Source of the DNA: Ostrea edulis
Taxonomy: Eukaryota
DNA: 64,000 bases
Direction of reading: 5' to 3'
Assembly: GCF_947568905.1 (NCBI RefSeq)
Contig: NC_079170.1
Coordinates: 85,126,001 to 85,190,000, forward strand
The translations under genes were made by a program, and so were the position numbers. This document shows positions 13,035 to 25,983 of the stretch, piece after piece. Numbering within the stretch: position 1 is the stretch's first letter; every line of letters starts with the position of its first letter. Below the pieces are notes generated by a model, which saw only the letters and a list, made by a program, of their open reading frames with translations, did not search any database and had not been told where the DNA came from.

Positions 13035-13592
13035 ATGCAAGGTGAAGATAACGAACAGTGATCAATCTCATAACTCCTACAAGCAATACAAAATAGATAG
13101 TTGGGCAAACACGGACCCCTGGACACATCAGAGGTGGGACCAGGTGCCTAGGAGGAGCAAGCATCCCCTGTTGACCGGTCACACCCGCCGTGAGCCCCAT
13201 ATCCTGATCAGGTAAACGGAGTTATCCGCAGTCAAATAAGTGTTCCAAGAACGGCTTAACAATCGGTATGAAACACATCAGACAGCATTTGATCCAATGC
13301 GAGGTTGTATTGACGAACTAGATCGTTATAACGACCATAGAATTTGCGAAATGCTGACTTCAATCGAGACTGTTGAAATCCCTGTACCATCAACTTGTTT
13401 GTCAGTAGCTTACCTCGATTTAAAAACTGACTATACCCAGAACAAGCTCTTGCATATCGAATCAGTTGAGATATATAAACACCATATGCAGGTGATAATG
13501 GAATATTGCTACATAAATGTGGGAAGTTGACGATGGAGAAGCTGAAATCATCCCGTTTGTCATACAGTTGAGTTGTCAGTTTGCCGTTAATG
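13035..13592 (-). mobile_element. PLE family copy (5'-truncated)
   Basis: Near-identical to 19923-20480, with the same 3' terminus. Confidence 0.85.
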
Positions 13593-14487
13593 TTAGTAAT
13601 TAATGATTTGCCATTAATGATTTTGCCATGACATGATTAGGACTCGAACGTACAGCCTCCCGGTTACAAAACCAACGCTCTATCATTGAGCGCAACAAAC
13701 ACCAAAAACAATCTTAAAACCAAGCGTTATGTTCGTTTAATACTTGTTAACTTTGTCATATACAAGAAAAACCATAACCATTATTCAGTGCATCCAATTT
13801 ATAAAATCACAATTTGATAAGATTCATATTTTCTGAAATTCATATATATATACATATTTATATAAGGTTTTGGGGATTTTGCCGGTGGATTTTGTGAGTA
13901 ATTAAAACAAGCATCAAATTGCATGTGTTACTATCATACACTAGTATGACATAAACAGTATTTGCATAAATATACATAAAACTCTTAACTGGAATTAATG
14001 GGAATAAACAATTGCCGTACTGGGGCTCCACACAGGTCACTGTATATGGTGTGATAGTAATTATAACCTAGATTGATTATACACCTCTGGTATATCCAGG
14101 AGTACATATTTACCGAACTTTATATTCTGTATGATCCCACCTCTAGTATATTGTATCTAGGGGTCTGTGTTTGCCCAACTCTCCATTTTGTAGTCCCTCT
14201 GGGAGTTATGGGATTGATCACTGTTTGTTATATTCACCTCTTGTACACATGCAAATTATTAAGCGGGATGCACTATGATTAATTGTAACTCCTTGTTCAA
14301 CGATTATGATTTCTAACAGTGCAATTGACATCAACGTCAAATTCCTGTTAACATCTGACCGGTTGTCAATAATGCAAATCATTTCCAAATTAAAGGCAAT
14401 CTGTTAGAGCAAATTCCGAAAGTATATATATATACACAGCAGTTCTGTGTAGGAAATACATCTCGTGTACATTTTGAAGAGCATACT

Positions 14488-17400
14488 ATGACAAACCTGG
14501 TGATTTTCTGTGTAGTGTTTGTTGCGTACTTGGCTTATTCTGAAGCCTGTTCATGTCTGCCCGAACATCCACAAACAAAATTCTGTAACTCCCACTTTGG
14601 TATGTTACTTTCATTTTCAGTTCTATTAATTACTAAATTGTTCTCACACAGTTGATTCGCTGTACGCTTCATTTTCGTTCCCTTGGGTTTAATTATGACG
14701 TTGGTTTAAAATCGTGGTAAATGTTGCATTTACTAAAACCGTAACGCGAAATCATGCAGAATCCTGTCATTGCTCACTTGTGATTTTCCATAAATACTCT
14801 AGTAATAAATTTTACAAAACCGAGCCATCCATTACACAGTAATATTTGAACTCAGTTGTAATTTACTTTATTTGACTTTTTTCGACCAGTGGTTCAAGCG
14901 AAAATTCTTCGTCGAAAAACGATCAACAGAGGGCAAAACGTTGTATATACAGTGAGGGTACTGAAGGATTTCAAGGTAAAATTTTCGTAATTTAAGTTTT
15001 CATAAATACTGTACCGGTGTGGATGATTTGCCTGTTATATGATGAAAACACGTATTTTGTTTAATAACAGAAGAAACACTGATAAAAATTACGAAACGTA
15101 AATTACTTCTTCATAAGATGTATTTGAATTTTAGTGTATGTAGTATATTTAAAATATGACTGGAATTCAGTAATTGACTTATTCAATTGCAATATTGTTA
15201 AACTAGATAACTTATTGAATCAAATTATTATATTTGTTTTTGTTTGTTTTTGGTGTTTATATTCACCAGCTGGTATGTGATACCTCCTTTATTCAAACTG
15301 TGTTTTGTGTCGTATGCAAACTGATATTATGTTTTGTCAGGCTAAATGTACTTATTAAAGGACACATTTCATGTTTTCAAAGTATTACAAAGTTGTATGC
15401 ATTGGGTCTTCCTTATGCTTATAAATATTAATTCTAATTGTTCGTTCGCCGAAATACTGGGATATTTAACCACAATACGGACTTAAATCTAAGCCCCGAT
15501 TTCAAAAAGCCTAGTCAATAAGTTAGGTAGTCACGTGATACAGTGACGTCATATGCGACCTTCGTTGATCAACCTGTTGCGAAATTCTTAAGATATTTTT
15601 GAACACACGGGTTTTGGGGGGCCTACTTTATTTACCCTGGATAACTTTTATATCAATGTTGACAAATTCCCCGAACCTTGCGTGTTTTAGCCACCAGTTT
15701 ATACAAATAGTGATGTAAATACCATAATGTAGCGAGGAAAGCGAGTATGAAACGATTTGCGATTACGAGTAAATAATATTTACATGGGGTCACTGTCTAA
15801 ACACTATTTGTTATAATGTTATTCCTTTTAACATCTGTAATTAGCGTTGTTGATTTCTATTAATAAACAATGGAATTCTCATTTTGGAACATATAATTAT
15901 ATTACGATGTATCATTGACAACAGGGCCTTATATAAACTGTCACTGGTGCATTTCGAAAAGAAAAATGATCAACTTTATACTGCAAATCACAACATTTTG
16001 TTTTAATCAAAAAAATTTATTCATCATCTTTTCTTCCATCTACACGTTGTTAGGAAGTGGGAGCACGGCGTACTGCACGTATTGTTGTTACGTACAATGT
16101 ACGCGTTCATTGAAAAACAACTTAACGGATTATAGTTCAATTCAAAGTTACGAAAATACAATATTTCATTATTTATAATTGAAAGTTCAATTATTTTCAA
16201 TACTTTAATTTTGTTTATTTCTACTAGTTGGTAGAAACCGAGAGCACAAGGTATGCCTATATGTTGTTACAAGGTAAAGGTCAGCTGGTGCAAGTGTGAA
16301 TTGAACGGATAATGCTGTAGGTCCACGTGTAACAGTGTGTATCTTCGATAGAACTATATTTTCGCAGTTATCTACGTCTTTATCCAAATGCTTTTTTGAA
16401 AATATAAAGGGACAAATGCTACTGGTGTTTTTATGGCAAAGTCATTGTGCCGAAAAAATATATCCACGTCCTTTCCTTTTATACCTTCCTCCAAAAATTG
16501 AAGAAAACACTATCTAAATCCTTTCTATTGACAACTAAGTACACATTAAACGGCACAAAACACCCTAATGCAGAGTTATTAACAAACCATTAATGTGATA
16601 ATTGGTTTTTTTGGCCATTTAAATCTAATCTGTTTATGAAATGCCCAACAACTGTTTGCAAACCTTTTTGATCGAGGTCGCATATGACGTCACAGATAAT
16701 GGCGCGTAAAATTTCGAAGAAAATATGCATATCGCAAGATATGAATTCCATCGCTTTAAAACTCGAAAACTACGCAAACTGTTTCATTTAAAACACATGT
16801 AAAGTATTTTTTTGCATGAAATGAATTAATTTTGCTGAAAAAAATCAAAAAGTTTAGAAACATGCGATGTGTCTGTCCTTCAATAAATCTGTGATTTTTT
16901 ATATACACAGACATCTTAAACTGTTGTGTCTTAATATACCTGGTTTGTTTTATAACTAATAGTTATATTATTTTCATTGATAATATATTTCGGTGAATTA
17001 CTCTGCAGAGCTTGTGTTCCCATGTTTAGAAGAAATAAAGCTTTATCTAATCTTATCTAATTTTATACCTAAGATCAAATTGAGGGTCACCAAACATATG
17101 CATATTGTTAATATGTTACAGGATAATGGAGGACGATATTCTAGAAAACAAAAAATCTACACCAGTGCTAGTTGTGGCTCCTACTTCGAATTAAAAAAAG
17201 AATACATCATATCTGGTAAACTGAATTCCTGGTTTAAATCTTTCAAATGATTTATCTATCACAATGTATTATTACCCTTCCATTGCTGTCACGAAAAACA
17301 AATCATTGTGATAAACAATAACAAAGCAAAATTATGAATTTGATTTTAGAATGATATTTCATGCTCAGCTTAAAGTTTCAGTTATTTTGTTTCAGGTTCC

Positions 17401-18243
17401 ATTAATGGACATAGATGGAATACAGGCCTGTGTTCCTGGAATACCAAGACATCTTTTCTCACCAAATACCAAAAAAACGCTTTAAATCTTGGTATCTATA
17501 AGAACAATTGCAGCTGCAAGGCAAGCTATTTTCTGACTAATAATTGCATAATTATTTATAAAACATATCAGGTTTTAAATAAATGGATTGGATACTACTT
17601 AGAGAGATGATTTACAGCTTAAACAATTCAACAATCAAGGATGTTTTACTGTTGCAACTAAATATTTATTAGTATTTCCAATATTTGTCTTGTATATATC
17701 GACCAATTGTAATGATAGTTATTTCCCCATGAATGTGGTGTCGTTGTATATATCCAAAAATAAAGTACATCTATCTTAACAGTTGTAAAATCCAACAGAA
17801 GTAAAAGTAGAATGAAATGAGAGTATAACAATTTACACCGGCATGCTTTTCAAGAAAATATATTCTCTTCACGAAAATAGTCCGGTTTAAAGCCTCGCAA
17901 TGCATTCCTTGTATGTTTTCAAAAAAATATTTATTTCTCAACATCATGTTATAACATTTTAAAGATAATCTTAAAAAGGGATATTCTGAAATCAAACTGA
18001 AGTTCAATTCCATTGTAAAACTTTACAATGTCTCTAGATCCTCTTCTTCCACAGATTATAGACTGTAATTTTGGCGGAATTCAATGTCCACAAGTAAACA
18101 GAGGGGCGTGTGTGATTCGATCCAGATCTGACGTCAAATGTTGGTATCAGAATAATTCATGCAGTCGCTCTACGTATGGATGTAGCTGGCTATCCCCCGC
18201 CTGCACAAAGCGTGAACACAACGGATACCTACTTCAACACTAA
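14488..18243 (+). CDS. timp: TIMP paralog A2 (201 aa)
   Basis: Exons 14488-14599, 14890-14975, 17122-17215, 17396-17520, 18055-18243 are in frame. Mature N-terminus CSCLPEHPQ. Exon 3 has a 9-nt in-frame deletion relative to A1/A3. GC donor at 17521 (gcaagc). C-terminal tail TKREHNGYLLQH. Confidence 0.92.
15359..16879. mobile_element. Probable Kolobok-like non-autonomous element in A2 intron 2
   Basis: TTAA|AGGACACATTTCATGTTTTC at the left end and a degenerate inverted copy GAAACATGCGATGTGTCTGTCCT|TCAA at the right. It accounts for the ~1.5-kb excess over the A1/A3 intron 2. Confidence 0.5.
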
Positions 18244-19922
18244 TGGGAAGTAAAGAATCTTCCGTGTGCTGTTTGAACTATTTATTTTGAAAAGCCTTAC
18301 CAAGAACACTGAAAATTCTTTATGTATGATAAGTATTTAAAATATTAATCTATTTGTCTTTAGATTTTGTTGATTTACCTTTACTTTGTACAATGGACGC
18401 TGAAGAGAATATATTATTATTATGTACACACTCCTTGTATAGAGCTACGTTTTGGCGTAAACTATTTATGATGAAGTAAACTATTGAATATCTCAATCAT
18501 TGATGATGAAAATAAATAGATTTTTAAAAAATCTTATATCTGATTCTTCGACCCCCCCCCCCCCCCCCCCCCGCCCTCGAACTAATGGATATTACGTAAC
18601 ATTTGCACCTCGTACGCTTAATGTTTGAAACGATGAAACATAAAAAGGTCCTCGTCAAAATTTCTCAAGTATCTATATACTTCACCTGATGGCTGATAGT
18701 TATCATCAAACAATGCTTTGGCTGTTGGGATAAAAAAAAAAGCATTATTATAGATGGTAAGCATATAAATGAGATTTCATTTCATTTATCTCCTCTCAGT
18801 AATAACAAACTAATTTCAAGGAATTACAAAATGTGATTATTTATTTGCTGTGCTAATCAAGTTATCGGACAATTTACGCACGTTCATAACAATTAATCCA
18901 CAGCTTCCTTTTGAAAGTTAAACCAAAGAAAGCAAAAACAATCAATGCACCATGTTTCACTCATTTATGATGAACCATCATAAAAGCTGGAGTGTTCGAT
19001 AAGCCTTTTCTCTGGGGTATTGACTACCACAATACGGGACCATCTTGCATCCGCCGTCACAATCATCGTGATTAAAAATAGCATTCTTTATTTCAAAATT
19101 TTACTGGATACCATACTTTTCAAAATCATATCATATACATTCATATCCAATACATGTAATAGTATATCTCTATATCTATATAATGCACATTACTATATGT
19201 ATGTTTTATTCTTAATACATATACAGAGAATGTATGATATGACGTTTCAGAAATGGTGTCCCCCAAAACTGTATTTGAAATCATGATTCGGTATTCAAAA
19301 TTTAGATTGTCGAAATATTTTTAAAATTGTAAAGGAATGCAATTTAGTCTCTAATATAAAAGGACCCTATGTGTTCGCATTGATTTTAGATGTTACTGAA
19401 GTTCAATTAAAACAGACAGTAGGGTTATCGTGCCCTACGTAAAGTTCAAACAATAGTCACAAAATGTACCCCAGTGCACACTATCTGACGTCGAAATATC
19501 AAAGTACATCACGACGTACAGGTCCATAGTTTTATCGCGGGGAAAATGTCTTATTGTTTCGCTATTTACTACCGGTATCCAGTGTTCAAGATATATATGT
19601 TGAAATTTATTTGTCAGATGGATATCTTTAGTTTTCTTTGATGATATATATAGTGTGCACTAATCTTTATATTACATTTTGACCTTGATGTGCATAGTCA
19701 TTTAGGATAAAGAAAACCAACGTGTGTACATACCAACTTGGCACAGGTGAAAGATGAAAATATTCGGGTGGGGGGGATTTAAGGCATATTCCTAAAAGTA
19801 GCTAGTTCCAGATTTAGGATTTTGATGCGGATGGTAGGATTTTTTGCCTTGTTAAGATAAACTTTGGCAGCGAATGCGAGAAATTCCCAACATTTGAGTC
19901 GAGTTTATGGAAATTTCTATAT

Positions 19923-20572
19923 ATGCAAGGTGAAGATAACGAACAGTGATCAATCTCATAACTCCTACAAGCAATACAAAATAGATAGTTGGGCAAACAC
20001 GGACCCCTGGACACACCAGAGGTGGGATCAGGTGCCTAGGAGGAGTAAGCATCCCCTGTTGACCAGTCACACCCGCCGTGAGCCCCATATCCTGATCAGG
20101 TAAACGGAGTTATCCGCAGTCAAAATCAGTGTGCCAAGAACGGCTTAACAATCGGTTTGAAACACGTCAAACAGCATTTGACTCAATGCGAGGTTGTATT
20201 GACGAACTAGATCGTTATAACGACCATAGAATTTGCGAAATGCTGACTTCAATCGAGACTGTTGAAATCCCTGTACCATCAACTTGTTTGTCAGTAGCTT
20301 ACCTCGATTTAAAAGCTGACTATACCAAGAACAAGCTCTTGCATATCGAATCAGTTGAGATATATAAACACCATATGCAGGTGATAATGGAATATTGCTA
20401 CATAAATGTGGGAAGTTGACGATGGAGAAGCTGAAATCATCCCGTTTGTCATACAGTTGAGTTGTTAGTTTGCCGTTAATGTCTACTTTCAATAAAATAT
20501 CTAAGTATGAAGCAGAAGTGGACGACTCTGTGGTGTCCTTTATTTCGAGCTCACAGGGATATATCAAATGAA
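19923..20572 (-). mobile_element. Penelope-like retroelement (PLE), longest 5'-truncated copy: RT C-terminus plus 3' UTR
   Basis: The ORF gives IYPCELEIKDTT..ASYLDI..LYDKRDDFSFSIVNFP..SNIP.SPAYGVYISQLIRYARAC (PLE-type RT palm/thumb), then a stop and a ~220-nt 3' UTR ending TTATCTTCACCTTGCAT. Confidence 0.8.
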
Positions 20573-23184
20573 AGAATATTGAACTAGTCGAATCACTTTT
20601 TAAATTCATTCCATCAATGTCAACATATCAAGCCCAAACTTTACTGTAAATGATTTGAGTGCATATTTCACCTATGCCGAGGTGATAAACAACTGAGAGT
20701 CTAACGGATAAAAATAGCTCTACGTTACTTGTATGATGACGTAATAATCAAGCGAGGAATTTCCCCAGTTGATACGATGTCTTTTTATGTATTGAGAAAC
20801 GAGTTTTAGCAAAAATATACGATGCTTGAATAATTTGAACATGCTGTTATTACTTGTTACTTTACTTGGAACACCTTAACACCACTGTGCTGTGCTTCTT
20901 TCTTCTCCTATTCATCCTATAAAAGATAAGTTGCCGTGTTACTAGTCTGTATTCAGACATGAATGAAGGTGAAACATTTTTTTGTTTTCCAGGATTGTTT
21001 CCTTTAATTCAGGAGTGGCGGATCCAGGATTTATTAAACATAACCTACTAGACTGGTAGTTTAGGGACACGGGGGTTTTGAGACGTATATATTTCTCTTA
21101 TTCTGCTAACTCTGCTTTATACATAATACAATCAATAAATAACGTAATCGGATTCTAAATCTCAAACTGAATCTCCGGTGACGAACTCCTTCGTTTTGGA
21201 TATATCAACACATGACTCATCTCCATTATATTTCTGAAAAAAGTCTTTGAATTCAATATTCATTCGCAACATCACTTACGGATATTCTCTAAGCAGTTGT
21301 ACTGCAATGTCTCTGTTACCTGTTGAAGGTTTAGAATAATTCGTCATTGTTTTGTGATATCTATGTTCGAAGTTTGACGTATGTACTATGGTGTTTTTCC
21401 TACATCTATGCTGAATGAAGTTAAGCAAAGCATAAAACTCAATTAATGCCTAAAATGGTCCCATGGACATACAGTTCAAAACAGTGCCTTCTTCCATCTG
21501 ATATTAGCGTTAAATATTAACTAACAAACATGCTGGGCATCACAAACTGTATTTCATTGATGACATTAAGCATTTGATTCACTGATTTTGACTACGGATT
21601 ACCCGTTTACTGGATCAAGCCATATGACCCACGGCGAATGTGATCAGCCAACAGCGGATGCTTACTCCTCCTAGGCACCTGATCCCACCTCTGGTATATC
21701 CAGTTCTGCGATGAATCGAATTTCAGATTTTTGTCTAAAATGTTCATCTTGATATCGTATTTTCTTGCCGACACATGGAATCAAATTACTATTTACCACC
21801 ATCGACAACATTTTAATTCATAAACAAATATCTATCCAAAACATAAAACAATCATATTTGCAATTTGGTTCAATTGCGAAACGCAGATACAGTGGGCATG
21901 TTTCCAACTTCAAAAGAGAAACCCAAGCCTCATCTACGACAACGCATTGTTACCATATTGGTCCCTACAGTGACGTCGAGTGTGTGTGTCATTACGAATT
22001 TTCCTGAAATAGGAAACTTTATGGATAATAAGAATATATTGCATTTCATTTGCTCGAGAAAAATAACGATGCGCGTTAGAAGCGTTTCCTCCAACTACAG
22101 GTGAAAGCACTTCGTGCAGAGGGAAAGCATTTCAAGGTCAACAGTAATGAATATGCAAATTAACAAACTTTATGATTGCTTTGTTGTTGTTATCTGATGT
22201 TATTGAATAAATGTTCCATTTTTGTTTTTTCAATAGGTGTTTGGTTTTTTGTTTGGTTTTGGTCTCGAGGAGAATTTTTCTCTCATATTGAAATGTTACA
22301 AGTTGTAGGTGAAGTACCACAAATTCAGACATATATATAGCGCTTACGACTTTAGCAATGAGGGTTCTTTTAAATGTCAATGCCTGCCGCTTGATATCTA
22401 CTGTCATATCCGAAAGACCTGTGATTTTCAATTCTAAATGTCAGGTGTTTGGTGAAGAAGCAATCGCAACCTGTTTACGTTTTAAGTTTGACGCGGACAT
22501 TGCACAAGCGGGCTTTGAACTCACGATATCCCAGGCACGAAGCGAACGCTTTACCTATGAGCTCAACTAACACTAAAAATTTCCCAAAACCAACTGTTAT
22601 GTTTGTTTATTATTTTATAACTTTGTCTTCTACAAGAAAGACCATTAACATTATTCAATGCTTCGAACTTATAAATTTACAAATCCATATGATTCACATT
22701 TTCTGAAACTCAAACATAATATCTAACTTCAGATTTGGGGAATTTGTTTGTGAATTGTGTTGGTTCTCAAAACAAACTTCAAATCATAATGTGATTGTAT
22801 CACGGGATAACATTACATAATCAGTATTTAGATATTTTATAGGTGGGACTCTTCATTGGTATTGATTGGAATAAACAATTTACGTACTGGGGCTCCACAA
22901 TGCATATATAGTGATCGTAATCATAACCTAGATCAATTATACACCTGTAAATCAAGTAGTGGAGTGAACTTTGATTAATTGTAATTCCTTGTTCAACAAT
23001 TAGAATTCTTTAACATTGCAATTGACATCAACGTCAAATTCCTGTTAACATAGCTGATCTTTTGTCAATAATGCAAATAATTTCGAACTTAACGTCACTC
23101 TATTAGAGCAAAATTCGGTTGAGGACTATATATATCGGAGTTTTGTAGCGGAAATACATATCGTCTTTATTCTAACAGTGTGCC

Positions 23185-25983
23185 ATGACAAACCTAGTGA
23201 TTTTATGTGTAGCTCTTGTTGCGTTCTTGGCTTATTCGGAAGCCTGTAGATGTCAGTCTCAACACCCACAAACACAATTCTGTAACTCGCAGTTTGGTAT
23301 GTTACTTTCATCTTCAGTTCTATTAATCACTAAATTGTCCCCACACCTTTGATCGCGTTACATACTTCATTGTCTTCCCCTTGACTTTAATTGTGTCGTT
23401 GTTTTAAAATTCCGGAATATGTTAAATGAGAAATTATCAAAACCGTAACGCGAAATCATGCAATATCTTCCTATTGCTCGCTTGTGATTTTTAATTTACA
23501 AAAACCAAGTCATCACTAACACAGTTATATTTAATTTCAGTGGTAATTCATCTTATTTATCTGATATTTTTCGTACAGTGGTTCAAGCGAAAGTCCTTCG
23601 TCGAAGAACGATCAACAGAGGAAGAAATGTCGTGTATACTGTAACGATTCTGAGGGATTTCAAGGTATGTATTTCATATTAAGATTCCAGAAATGTTATA
23701 CCGATATACGTGTAACCAATTGCCTGTTATGTGATGAAAAAACGCATTTTGATTAAGAACATTTTAATTGTTTCTTCGTAAGATGTTTTAACATTCTAGC
23801 ATTCCCAATATATCAAGGAGTCCGTGTTTACCAACCTGGCTATTTTGTATTCCTTGTAGAGGTTATGAGATTGATCACTGTTCGTTATCCTCACCTTTCA
23901 TTGAAAATATGATGAGAATTTAAGAATTCGACCAACCACATCAAAATGTATTGAACTTAATTAGTATACTGGTTTTTGTTCCTTAGTGGTGTGCAAATCG
24001 TAATGTATATGTTCTAATCTAAATTATTTATTACATTTACCAACTAGCGTGTGGTGTCTACATTAGCCCAGCTGCGTCTTTTGTGGTGTGCAAACTGTGA
24101 TATGTTTCTCTAAAATACATGTACTTATAATGTATCTGTAATGTTTATTTTGATGCATGAACCTCTGAAAATGTGTCTGTGTCTTAAAATATGTTAAGTT
24201 TCTTTTATAAACAATAGTTACATATGTTTTCATAATACTGTATGTCATTCAAAAGCCCCCCCCCCCCCCTTGAGATTATATTTTCCCATGTATTGAAGCA
24301 TTCACCGCATGGATCTTATTTTGTCTCGGATCATTTTGAGGTTTCCGAAGTATCAGTACTTTGTTGATATTTTCCAGGATGACAGACGACGATATTCTAC
24401 AACACAGAATATCTACACCAGATCTTCTTCTGCTAGTTGTGGTTCCAACTTCAATTTAGAAAAGGAATACATCATATCTGGTAAACAGAGGTTCTTCTTT
24501 AAACCTTGGAAATGTTTTTATCGTTTATTTTGTTTAATTTTTCCCATGACAATGTCTATTATGTAAACTTATACGGTACCAATTTTGATGCACCAGATGC
24601 GCATTTCGACAAATACTATATCTTCAGTGATGCTCAACCGAAATTTTTGAAATCCGAAATAACAATGAAGTGTTAGAGATATTATAGGGAAAACAGTGTT
24701 CAAAATAAAGTGGAGTCAAATTTGTTTAAGGATAAGAGCTATGCGTGATGGAGATAATCCTTAATTTTGAAATGAATTTCTTAATTTTATCACAGCAGTT
24801 AAATATACATCCGTATTTTCAAGCTAGTAACGAAGTACTTAGCTACTGAGCTGTAGAGACCCTCGGGGACTAACAATCCACCAGCTGAGGCCTCGACCCA
24901 GGGTTTATAATGTAAAACTTATACGGTACCAATTTTGATGCACCAGATGCGCATTTCGACAAATAATGTCTCTTCAGTGATGCTCAACCGAAATGTTTGA
25001 AATCCCAAATAACAATGAAGTTTTAGATCTAAAGCAATTAAAGCAGAAATTCATGAAATGGATTTTAGATTGTACTTCTCTGCTTTAATTAATGGTTTTA
25101 TTTTATTTTTTCAGGTTCCATTAATGGACAAAAATGGAATACAGACCTGTGTTCGTGGAATACTAGAACATCTTCTCTCTCTCAATACCAAAGGACTGCA
25201 TTGGATCGTGGTATCTATAAGAACAGTTGCAGCTGCAAGGCAAGTTATTTCCTGACTGATGGTTGCATATATATTCATAAAACATGTCGGGTTTTATATC
25301 ACGGTGAATACAGTCGATCCTTTAGGACGTATGAGTACAGTAAATCTATTGTGACGTATGGATAGACTAAATCTATTGTAACGTATAAGTACAGTAAATC
25401 TATTATGACGTATGAGTATAGTAAATATATTATGACGTCTGTGAATTCCAACAGAAGAAAACGTAGAACGTTGACATAAAAGATTTATTTCAATTTTTAA
25501 AAAATAAGTAAATGTAGACTACAACGCTTAACACCGGCATATTTTTCAATAAATACTAACGCACCTCATAAAATTATCGCGGCTTAAGGTTTCCGTATAT
25601 ATCTTCAAAAACTTAATTCATTTCTCAAAGTTATGCTTTAACTTTATAAGAAAATTCTTACATAAGGATATCCTGAAATTAAGATGAAATTCAATTTCAC
25701 TGTTAAACTTTGAATTATATCCCTGTCCTTTTCTTCTACAGATTGTAGAATGTAGAATTATATCCCTGTCCTTTTCTTCTACAGATTGTAGAATGTAGAA
25801 TTATATCCCTGTCCTTTTCTTCTACAGATTGTAGAATGTAGCTTTGGCGGAAGTCAATGTCCGCAACCAACCGGAGGATCTTGCGTGATTCGATCCCCAG
25901 CTGATGTCAATTGTTGGTATCAGAATAATTCCTGCATGATGTCTACGTATGGATGTGCCTGGCATTCCCCTGCCTGCGCATAA
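23185..25983 (+). CDS. timp: TIMP paralog A3 (193 aa if the most distal intron 4 acceptor is used)
   Basis: Exons 23185-23296, 23579-23664, 24378-24480, 25115-25239, 25828-25983 are in frame. Mature N-terminus CRCQSQHPQ. GC donor at 25240. The intron 4 acceptor region is triplicated (25712-25840). Confidence 0.88.
24590..24633 (-). ncRNA. Type I hammerhead ribozyme, second copy with degenerate stem II
   Basis: Same as 24940-24983, but the stem II 5' strand is UAUA instead of GACA, so the G-C closing pair is lost. Confidence 0.75.
24940..24983 (-). ncRNA. Minimal type I hammerhead ribozyme (canonical core)
   Basis: The - strand reads GCAUCA CUGAAGA GACA UUAUU UGUC GAAA UGCGCA UC|UGGUGC: stem I 6 bp, stem II 4 bp, palindromic stem III, AUC cleavage triplet. 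Confidence 0.9.
25326..25440 (+). repeat. 27-bp minisatellite (~4.3 units) in A3 intron 4
   Basis: Unit GACGTATGAGTACAGTAAATCTATTGT. A1 has a single related copy at ~5356. Confidence 0.85.
25712..25840 (+). repeat. Perfect 43-bp x3 tandem repeat spanning the A3 intron 4/exon 5 junction
   Basis: Unit GAATTATATCCCTGTCCTTTTCTTCTACAGATTGTAGAATGTA at 25712, 25755 and 25798. Confidence 0.95.

Larger units (their letters stand above)
24561..25027 (-). mobile_element. Non-LTR retrozyme-like element: ~1.3 tandem copies of a 350-bp unit with a hammerhead in each repeat
   Basis: ~115-bp direct repeats at ~24561-24677 and ~24910-25027, period exactly 350. Each contains a type I hammerhead on the - strand. 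Absent from the homologous intron 3 of A2. Confidence 0.85.

Noticed and set aside
12940-13530. Recurrent ORFs (MGLTAGVTGQQGMLTPPRH.., KVKITNSDQSHN.., MCQERLNNR..) seen many times in the ORF track
   Set aside because: They are alternative or antisense frames of the PLE RT end and 3' UTR, repeated because the copies are young. A ~55-codon open frame is not improbable by chance.
19928-19950. GTGAAGATAACGAAC at the PLE tip as a possible hammerhead core
   Set aside because: No stem II, no C3, and it is antisense to the element.
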